This document shows positions 1 to 5,869 of a stretch of DNA of 9,943 nucleotides, piece after piece (position 1 is the first letter of the stretch; each line of letters starts with the position of its first letter). The notes beneath the pieces were generated by a model. It searched no databases and was not told the origin of the DNA. It was given only the letters and a program-made list of their open reading frames with translations. A program made the translations under genes and the position numbers. Source of the stretch: Candidatus Woesearchaeota archaeon (lineage in GTDB: Archaea; Nanobdellota; Nanobdellia; Woesearchaeales; JAZDKJ01); assembly GCA_043815525.1 (NCBI GenBank), contig JBDRIZ010000225.1, forward strand, positions 1 to 9,943, given 5' to 3'.

Positions 1-5
1 AATGC

Positions 6-16
6 AAAAATATAAG
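6..16 (+). promoter_or_regulatory. Candidate archaeal TATA box for the PP-loop ATPase gene
   Basis: AAAAATATAAG lies about 30 nt upstream of the ATG at 42. Other genes in this window show the same spacing, which implies a leaderless or near-leaderless mRNA. Confidence 0.4.
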
Positions 17-41
17 AATGATTTGTTTTTATTGATTGTCA

Positions 42-1385
42 ATGGAGTCAAGGATAGAGATAAGAGAAACTCCAGAGGGCCTCAAGGCGAATTTTGGTAA
101 CAAAGAGGTTTTTCTGAAATACCCAGGAGATATTTGGCAAAGCTATCCTCAAAAATCAAAGCCAGCACTGATAGACAACCTTGCGTATCTTCTGACAATA
201 AACCTTCCGATGGTTGCAAGGCTTGAGAAACTGCACTACAACACAGCACTACCAGTGTTCCAGCCATTCTACAACATGGTAGTATTAAGAAGTGTTCCAT
301 CAGCAGTCGAGACATACTCGGACAACACATGGGGAGTGCTGCAGCATCTTCTGAACATCGAATACTTGTTTGACGATCCGCACGCTAAACTGCCAGAATA
401 TGATGGGGTGCTGCAGGAAAAGGCAGTGGTCCCATTTTCTTCAGGAAAAGACAGCCTGCTCACACTAGCTGTAGCGCACGAGCTGGGGCTTGACCCAGTG
501 GCAACATACTTTGTTGACACGGTGTCGCCAAAGGAAAACGCGATGAAAATGGAGTATAGCAAGAGGCTTGCCAAAGACCTTGGAATCAAACTGCACCATG
601 TGACAAACGAGTTCGAAAAACTAAACGATTTTGAGACATGGAATGTCCCTGAGACATGCCTTGGGTACAGCCACATGATGACAGGATTCTGCTTTTTATC
701 CTTGCCAGTAATGCACTATCACAAAGCAAGATACTTGTTTCTTGGCAACCAACAGGACATGAACTTCGGGTTTGTGAACGAAGACGGGATAAAGACATTC
801 CCAAGCTTTGACCAGATGTGGGGGTGGACAAAGCACCAGAGCACAATGGTGAAGCTCATGACAGCAAAGCAGGGATCAGTCTCAAGCCTGATAGAGCCGC
901 TCACAAACCTTGCGATAGTCAAAGTGCTATTCAACCGGTATCCACAGTTCGCAAAATACCAGATATCCTGCGACTGCTCTGATGATGTGCAAACACCCCA
1001 GAGATGGTGCTACCAGTGCCCGAAGTGCGCAAGGCTCTACCTATTCATGAAAGCGCACAACATCGACGTAGGAAGAGTGAATTTTGAAACAGACTTTTTT
1101 GACAAGGAACACCTAAAATACTACTCGCTATTTGACGGCTCGGACAGCGATGAATACGAGAGAAGCGCAGAAGCAAGAGACCAGCAGATGTACGCATTCT
1201 ACCTGGCACTAAAAAACGGCGCAAAAGGATACTTAGTTGACAAATTCAAAAAGGATTTCTACGCAGAAGCAAGGATGAGAGAAGACGAGTTTCACAAAAA
1301 GTTCATGCAGCCGCACGAAAGCCACACAATGGACGAGAAGATCAAGAGCAAGGTTATGAAGATATATGAGGAAGAGCTACTGTAG
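42..1385 (+). CDS. PP-loop (adenine nucleotide alpha-hydrolase superfamily) ATPase with a QueC-like C-terminal Cys cluster; specific function unknown
   Basis: Long ORF. The track start at 36 is TTG and the first ATG is at 42. A PP-loop variant FSSGKDS is at nt 435-455. A Cys cluster SCDC...WCYQCPKC is at about nt 961-1030. About 130 aa N-terminal to the PP-loop have no motif I recognise. Confidence 0.8.
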   Translation: MESRIEIRETPEGLKANFGNKEVFLKYPGDIWQSYPQKSKPALIDNLAYLLTINLPMVARLEKLHYNTALPVFQPFYNMVVLRSVPSAVETYSDNTWGVLQHLLNIEYLFDDPHAKLPEYDGVLQEKAVVPFSSGKDSLLTLAVAHELGLDPVATYFVDTVSPKENAMKMEYSKRLAKDLGIKLHHVTNEFEKLNDFETWNVPETCLGYSHMMTGFCFLSLPVMHYHKARYLFLGNQQDMNFGFVNEDGIKTFPSFDQMWGWTKHQSTMVKLMTAKQGSVSSLIEPLTNLAIVKVLFNRYPQFAKYQISCDCSDDVQTPQRWCYQCPKCARLYLFMKAHNIDVGRVNFETDFFDKEHLKYYSLFDGSDSDEYERSAEARDQQMYAFYLALKNGAKGYLVDKFKKDFYAEARMREDEFHKKFMQPHESHTMDEKIKSKVMKIYEEELL

Positions 1386-1448
1386 ATATTCTAGCTTGAT
1401 ATGCCAAGCGAAAACCTACCACCCGGTCAAAGACTGAACAGCATGCTC

Positions 1449-1470
1449 GGGTCGGTTGACCCCAAATTTT
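1449..1470 (+). terminator. Possible terminator: short hairpin plus T-tract between convergent genes
   Basis: GGGTC-GGTT-GACCC (1449-1462) is followed by CAAATTTT (T4 at 1467-1470). It lies about 65 nt after the stop at 1385. Confidence 0.25.
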
Positions 1471-1505
1471 CCACTGACAGTTCTATCCCAAGAAATAGCG
1501 GAAAA

Positions 1506-1991
1506 TCAAGATTTTATGGTGTGCTTTAACGCAAACGGCAGCATAAAAGAAAGGCCATAGACCAGCCCAACGAGCAGGCTGTTGTGCAGTATGCCAGGCA
1601 GGTCAAAGAAAAGAATCAGTTGATTTGCTATCTGCGAGAAAACGAGAACGCTGATTGCTGCAATTGCGGGAACAATAGCTATAAGCAGCACATGATGATG
1701 GTGAGAGAAGTCATCAAAATTCATTACAAGATTCTCAAACAGGAATCCAAAGCACAGCCCAACTGATACAATGACTGAGTACATTAACAATCCACCCATC
1801 ACAAGAAGCAGAGGAACAAAAAGCAAACCAATAATGAAGTTAGTGAAAACAGCAGCCAGAATTACTATCCAGAAAAGATAGGCATGCAAAAATTTTTCGA
1901 AACTGCTTCTCTTTTCTATTGATTTTGCCTTTGCCCTCTTGAGCCTATCCAGCTCCTTTTTTGACCAGCCTTTTTTCCGCAAGTGATGCAT
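1506..1991 (-). CDS. Hypothetical polytopic membrane protein (basic cytoplasmic N-terminus, about 4 TM helices, HHHH loop)
   Basis: ATG at 1991 lies 2 nt after the stop (1994-1996) of the upstream gene. It has a Lys/Arg-rich N-terminal helix followed by four long hydrophobic segments. No family recognised. Confidence 0.75.
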   Translation of the reverse strand: MHHLRKKGWSKKELDRLKRAKAKSIEKRSSFEKFLHAYLFWIVILAAVFTNFIIGLLFVPLLLVMGGLLMYSVIVSVGLCFGFLFENLVMNFDDFSHHHHVLLIAIVPAIAAISVLVFSQIANQLILFFDLPGILHNSLLVGLVYGLSFMLPFALKHTIKS

Positions 1992-1993
1992 GT

Positions 1994-2446
1994 TTATTTC
2001 AGGAATTTGTCCCTAACATAATCAAGGAATGCAAGCGAGCGCTTGTAGTACTCTGTGATAATGTCAATGTTTACCTCAACTTGTTTCTTATCAACTTCAA
2101 CTGTCATGGTGACATTTCTTCGGAACTCGCGGGCTCTTGTGTACTTTCCCTTGTACATCCTGCGAAGCAGAAGGTAAAACTGAATGTAATTTGTAATTGT
2201 TTCATCATCCGAATACAAATCCCTGACAATTTCAGCCTGGATCCCTGGGGACATAGGAATGGAAGCGATAAGCTTCCTCTCCTTGGCACGCACAAGAACT
2301 GACTTAACAATGATCTCGTAAGTGTTGATAAGCCTCTCGATAGTACTCCTGATTACGTCAACGCTTCTTGTGTACTTCAGGCTGACGTAAATGAGATGGT
2401 CAGCCCTCTTCAACTCCTCTTTAGCCTCACCTAAGGATTCCCTCAT
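1994..2446 (-). CDS. Hypothetical alpha-helical protein, divergent paralog of the upstream gene
   Basis: The track start at 2458 is TTG, and the ATG at 2446 aligns better with the paralog N-terminus (MRESLGEAKEELKRADHLIYVS vs MERFQEARDKAKRNLQIADHMAYMT). Both share an EF-R motif (AREFRRNVTMTV vs PMEFTRKDRYVICT) and a C-terminal helix. Confidence 0.75.
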   Translation of the reverse strand: MRESLGEAKEELKRADHLIYVSLKYTRSVDVIRSTIERLINTYEIIVKSVLVRAKERKLIASIPMSPGIQAEIVRDLYSDDETITNYIQFYLLLRRMYKGKYTRAREFRRNVTMTVEVDKKQVEVNIDIITEYYKRSLAFLDYVRDKFLK

Positions 2447-2909
2447 CTTTTCCAACAATGCTGTTTGTAATCTGCAAGAAATTTCTTGTCAGAAGAATGT
2501 ACCTTTTTATCTTATCGAGTGAAATCGCCTTCATCTTGTAGTTGTCTGTGCAAATCACATAACGGTCCTTTCTTGTGAACTCCATAGGACTTCTCTTGTG
2601 CTCGTAAATGAACTCCTTGATATCCCTTATCATAGACAAGTAAGACTTGTCAATGCTGTACTTTATCGCGCAATTTTGAAAAATTGTGAACTTTGCCTCG
2701 AAATTTTCAGGGAAAGGCTCGAGCCTCTTAAAAAACCTTTCGTAATGCAGAACAGAAGACATGGCATTTGTCAAGGCAAGAAAGAGATTCTCCATCACAA
2801 CAACAAGAAGCCTGGGGTCTTTTACAAGACTATAAGTCATGTAAGCCATGTGGTCAGCAATCTGCAAGTTCCGCTTAGCCTTATCCCTAGCCTCCTGGAA
2901 CCTCTCCAT
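2427..2909 (-). CDS. Hypothetical alpha-helical protein, first gene of a three-gene cassette
   Basis: ATG at 2909 lies about 26 nt downstream of a TATA box. The 160-aa ORF overlaps the next gene by 20 nt. No recognised catalytic motif. Confidence 0.8.
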   Translation of the reverse strand: MERFQEARDKAKRNLQIADHMAYMTYSLVKDPRLLVVVMENLFLALTNAMSSVLHYERFFKRLEPFPENFEAKFTIFQNCAIKYSIDKSYLSMIRDIKEFIYEHKRSPMEFTRKDRYVICTDNYKMKAISLDKIKRYILLTRNFLQITNSIVGKDEGILR

Positions 2910-2930
2910 GAGGTAGTAAAGGAAAACTAG

Positions 2931-2940
2931 CTATAAAAAG
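2931..2940 (-). promoter_or_regulatory. Candidate TATA box (CTTTTTATAG on minus strand) for the paralog/membrane cassette
   Basis: It lies immediately downstream of the HAD stop codon (2942-2944) and about 26 nt upstream of the ATG at 2909, which fits a leaderless mRNA. Confidence 0.5.
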
Positions 2941-2941
2941 G

Positions 2942-3538
2942 TTATGATAGCCCAAGACCCTGTAGCGATTTTGCGAGTTTTTCCGGGCCCTCGTACAATA
3001 TTCCAGTCATTCCGACAGACCTTGCCTTGTTAACAAAAAGTTTCACATCATCAATGAAAACGCACTCCTGGGGAAGTACATTTAGCATCTCAGCTGCAAG
3101 GAGAAAAATCCTCTCGTCATCCTTTGTCATCTGCAGCTCGCTTGACAGGAGCACAACATCAAACATGTCATAAAGGCCAGCGGTGCGGTGAATCTCAGCA
3201 TGCTGGGGTATAGTGTTGGATATTATGCCTATCTGGTATCTTGGTTTAAGCGACAACGCTATATCAAGAACCTGCCTGTTTATCTTAGTGAGATTGGCAA
3301 ATTTCTCCACCCATACACTGTGCAAGCTGGAATCATCCAATTGAATCTTGTATTTTCTCCTGAGCTGTTGCCAGAAATCCTCAAGGGTGACCTCTCCCCT
3401 GCATAAGGGAAGGCACAAGATGTTAATCTCCTCCCAGAACTTTCTCTGGTCTTGAGGCTTGAATATGTCAAAGAGCCATTTTCCGAAATCAGCAAAGTCA
3501 ACAAGGACTCCGCCAGCATCGAAGAGGACTGCTTTCAT
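2942..3538 (-). CDS. HAD-superfamily hydrolase (subfamily IA-like, YihX-type DxG motif I)
   Basis: Motif I is MKAVLFDAGGVL, motif II is IISNT, a Lys occurs in MTKDD, and motif IV is FIDDV. The track start at 3616 is TTG and would overlap the upstream gene. The ATG at 3538 puts the nucleophile Asp at residue 7 and sits about 27 nt from a TATA-like box. An alternative ATG is at 3562. Confidence 0.85.
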   Translation of the reverse strand: MKAVLFDAGGVLVDFADFGKWLFDIFKPQDQRKFWEEINILCLPLCRGEVTLEDFWQQLRRKYKIQLDDSSLHSVWVEKFANLTKINRQVLDIALSLKPRYQIGIISNTIPQHAEIHRTAGLYDMFDVVLLSSELQMTKDDERIFLLAAEMLNVLPQECVFIDDVKLFVNKARSVGMTGILYEGPEKLAKSLQGLGLS

Positions 3539-3560
3539 ACTGATATGCTGCTTATAGCGC

Positions 3561-3570
3561 ATATAATAAT
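3561..3570 (-). promoter_or_regulatory. Candidate TATA box (ATTATTATAT on minus strand) for the HAD gene
   Basis: It lies in the 49-nt gap between the methyltransferase stop (3588) and the ATG at 3538, with about 27 nt spacing. Confidence 0.35.
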
Positions 3571-3587
3571 CTTGTGCAAGGATTTTC

Positions 3588-4304
3588 TCAGAGAATCCTT
3601 TTTTCTGCAGAGACAATCAAATACTCAAGCGAGGCATATTTACCTTGTTGGCACTGCTCTGTCAAGAGATTTGGCATAATAGGTGCAGCCAGCTCAAACC
3701 AGTTTGATAAAGCAGAACTATATGTTTCCCACGGCCTGTGAAAATAGTATTCAATGTGGTGGCTGCTGTTAGTGAGGTTGAAAACCCAAGGCCTAGTTTC
3801 TTGTTTCCAATAGTTTGAATAGTCTTTATAGCAAAGTCCGGAATCGATATCCCATTTCTCTGCATAAGGGCTGACTATGGAAAGCAATAGCCTACCACTA
3901 GGAGCAAGAACCCTATGCACCTCAGCAATAGCCCTGCGAAAATCCTCAATGACATGCAGGGCATTGAATGAAAGCACATAATCAAACTTATTGCTATGAA
4001 AAGGAAGGTCTGTAGCTATGGAACGAGCAACAGGCATTATTTCAGATGCTGTTGCAAGTAATTTTGGCGAATTATCAATGCCAACAACAGACGCACCCAT
4101 TTCTTTTGCCAATTCACCAAATCTACCATTGCCACAGCAATAATCCAGAATCTTACTGCTAACCAAATTCTCTTTTTGCAGCAAGGAATTGACTATTCCA
4201 GGGAAAAAATCTGTCTCTGGAAGGTACAATCCATTCTGCATGGCATCAATCCAGAAATTCTCTCCAGCCCAACTAGAAACCTGCTTCAAATAATACACAC
4301 CCAT
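3588..4304 (-). CDS. Class I SAM-dependent methyltransferase (Methyltransf_11-like)
   Basis: Motif I is ILDYCCGNG, followed by the acidic post-I VVGIDNS, FDYVLSFNALHVI and VLAPSGRLLLS. The track start at 4319 is TTG. The ATG at 4304 is preceded by GAGGA with a 9-nt spacer. An alternative ATG at 4241 would remove the overlap with the upstream gene. Confidence 0.85.
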   Translation of the reverse strand: MGVYYLKQVSSWAGENFWIDAMQNGLYLPETDFFPGIVNSLLQKENLVSSKILDYCCGNGRFGELAKEMGASVVGIDNSPKLLATASEIMPVARSIATDLPFHSNKFDYVLSFNALHVIEDFRRAIAEVHRVLAPSGRLLLSIVSPYAEKWDIDSGLCYKDYSNYWKQETRPWVFNLTNSSHHIEYYFHRPWETYSSALSNWFELAAPIMPNLLTEQCQQGKYASLEYLIVSAEKRIL

Positions 4305-5016
4305 ACAAATGGTCCTCAAAATCGTTATCCAAGAATTTTGAATAGCATACCTTTGGAGTCACAACAAGGTTATTAGTGATCTTCATTGGAAATCCAATCC
4401 TGAATTCAGCATGGCTCAGACCACTTCTTTCCCTATAGTAATGGCTATTATATCCCAAAGCAACTTCAAGTGAGACAGGCAATCCTTTCAAAACACGGCC
4501 TGCAGAAAACTCAGCATATGTTCCCTTGCCGTCACCAAAATCATGGACTACACACAAAGAAGGATTTAACAATACATCCAAACCCATTCTTGCATATACC
4601 TCCTGCGTATCCTTAGAAAATGTGTTTGGAAAAGTCAGGTACGTGTATCCAAGAGAAACAGAGGTTCTTCCAATGGTCTTGCTGAAATCAACCGTCAGGT
4701 TAGCTTCGTTAGGCAATCTTTGCTCAGAATCAATATTCAGGAATCCAATAACAGTAAAATCTCCATATGAGTTTGAGTGGGTTGCGGATATACTGGGTTG
4801 GATAACCGGCCCCTTGGAATATTGGAAACCTCTTGAAACATACTTTGACAATAAGTCAACATTCAAACATGAATTTAGTGATCTATCAGTTCCAGCCTCA
4901 ACTGTATTTTTCTGCTTTAAATCTTTTGCAGGTTCCGCTGGCCAGGTAGGTCCTGGTGCAATAAAAAAATGGAATGCTGCAACAGCAGTTGCCAATAAAA
5001 TATTGACGCTTTTCAT
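4273..5016 (-). CDS. Secreted beta-barrel outer-membrane-protein-like protein (resembles the bacterial TIGR02001/Gcw_chp family)
   Basis: N-terminal signal peptide MKSVNILLATAVAAFHFFIA. The motif NVDLLSKYVSRGFQYSKGPVIQPS resembles the S-DY-x-RG-x-SQ...PA-QG signature of Gcw_chp. About 10-12 amphipathic strands show alternating hydrophobicity. The C-terminus VLFEAGF ends in Phe. Confidence 0.8.
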   Translation of the reverse strand: MKSVNILLATAVAAFHFFIAPGPTWPAEPAKDLKQKNTVEAGTDRSLNSCLNVDLLSKYVSRGFQYSKGPVIQPSISATHSNSYGDFTVIGFLNIDSEQRLPNEANLTVDFSKTIGRTSVSLGYTYLTFPNTFSKDTQEVYARMGLDVLLNPSLCVVHDFGDGKGTYAEFSAGRVLKGLPVSLEVALGYNSHYYRERSGLSHAEFRIGFPMKITNNLVVTPKVCYSKFLDNDFEDHLYGCVLFEAGF

Positions 5017-5048
5017 TTTGTAAACCTATATGATTGTGATAATTAGTT

Positions 5049-5058
5049 ACTATATAGT
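5049..5058 (-). promoter_or_regulatory. Candidate TATA box (palindromic ACTATATAGT) for the beta-barrel gene
   Basis: It lies about 37 nt upstream of the ATG at 5016, which would leave a short leader containing AGGT. Confidence 0.3.
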
Positions 5059-5081
5059 AGTACTTTTATATATGTTTATGC

Positions 5082-5097
5082 TGTCGTTTTTACGACA
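5082..5097. promoter_or_regulatory. Perfect inverted repeat TGTCGT-N4-ACGACA in the divergent control region; candidate operator
   Basis: Seen directly in the sequence, between the two divergent TATA candidates and just upstream of the TrmB-family gene. It occurs only once in the window. Confidence 0.3.
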
Positions 5098-5102
5098 ACA
5101 AG

Positions 5103-5112
5103 ATTATTATAG
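5103..5112 (+). promoter_or_regulatory. Candidate TATA box (ATTATTATAG) for the TrmB-family gene
   Basis: Nearly the same sequence as the HAD candidate box. It lies about 26 nt upstream of the ATG at 5134. An alternative box TTTTATATAT at 5064-5073 would serve the ATG at 5116. Confidence 0.35.
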
Positions 5113-5133
5113 GAGATGCCCATCTTTCCATCA

Positions 5134-5856
5134 ATGGACATAAAAAATACGCTTAAAGACATTGGACTTTCTGAAGGCGAAGCCGAGACATACCTCGCGC
5201 TCCTAAAGCTTGGAAGTGTAGCTGCAAGCAAGATAAAGGAAGAGACTGGCCTGCACAGAACAACAATATACGACTTCCTGGAAAAACTCGTGAACAAAGG
5301 ACTAGCCAATTTTGTGATAGTAGAGAACGTAAAGCAATACAAGGCAGTACACCCACAAAAGCTTATTGAATACTTGAAAGAAAAAGAAGAGAATGTATCT
5401 GAGATGATGCCAGAGATTCTAAAACTAATGACAACGGAAAAGACAACTCTTGAAGTTGAGGTACATAAAGGAAATGAGGGATTCAAATTTCTGCTAAACG
5501 ACCTTCTGGCTGTAAGACAAGAATATGTGGGTTTTGGAATCGATGAATCCATGTTCCAGCATAGATTTCCTGTATTGATGGAACAGTACTTCAACAAGGA
5601 AGAAAAACTTGGAATCAAAAACAGGCTACTCACAAGTGAAAATGCCATGTATACCTACAAGAGGAAGCACATTCAATACAGGTATGTACCAAGCGAATTC
5701 TTTGGGCCAACACCGACAGTTGTATATGGAAACAGAGTGGCAATACTAATCTGGGAACCATTTACATTGATAGTAATCAAAAACCAAGGGTTAGCAGACA
5801 GCTACAGGGGCCATTTTGAAATGCTTTGGAAAACTGCAAAAAAAAGGCAGCAATAA
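5134..5856 (+). CDS. TrmB-family transcriptional regulator (winged HTH plus C-terminal effector-type domain)
   Basis: The N-terminus LKDIGLSEGEAETYLALLKLGSVAASKIKEETGLHRTTIYDFLEKLVNKGL is a classic TrmB wHTH. The start is ambiguous: ATG 5116 has AGGAG directly abutting with zero spacer, while ATG 5134 fits leaderless spacing. Confidence 0.9.
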   Translation: MDIKNTLKDIGLSEGEAETYLALLKLGSVAASKIKEETGLHRTTIYDFLEKLVNKGLANFVIVENVKQYKAVHPQKLIEYLKEKEENVSEMMPEILKLMTTEKTTLEVEVHKGNEGFKFLLNDLLAVRQEYVGFGIDESMFQHRFPVLMEQYFNKEEKLGIKNRLLTSENAMYTYKRKHIQYRYVPSEFFGPTPTVVYGNRVAILIWEPFTLIVIKNQGLADSYRGHFEMLWKTAKKRQQ

Positions 5857-5869
5857 CCTCAAGACTTTT

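Noticed and set aside
82-934. Four minus-strand ORFs (82-330, 269-676, 586-846, 719-934) antisense to the PP-loop gene
   Set aside because: They overlap each other and the motif-bearing plus-strand ORF. Their products are Cys/Ser-rich, as is typical of antisense frames.
2427-2909. Possible HEPN-type R-x6-H motif (RNLQIADH) in the first paralog, suggesting a toxin or RNase
   Set aside because: The Arg is replaced by Glu at the aligned position of the paralog (EELKRADH). The motif also sits in the N-terminal helix rather than the usual HEPN position. This is not enough to call a nuclease.
3578-3600. 7-bp inverted repeat AAGGATT-N9-AATCCTT spanning the methyltransferase stop codon
   Set aside because: It is short and has no downstream T-tract on the coding strand. 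It could be chance or a minor RNA structure, so I did not call it a terminator.
4526-5023. 165-aa plus-strand ORF antisense to the beta-barrel gene
   Set aside because: It is a shadow ORF. The minus-strand product has a signal peptide, strand periodicity and a C-terminal Phe, while this one has no recognisable features.
5076-5648. 190-aa minus-strand ORF antisense to the TrmB-family gene
   Set aside because: It is a low-complexity Ser/Phe/Leu-rich shadow ORF opposite a gene with a clear wHTH domain.
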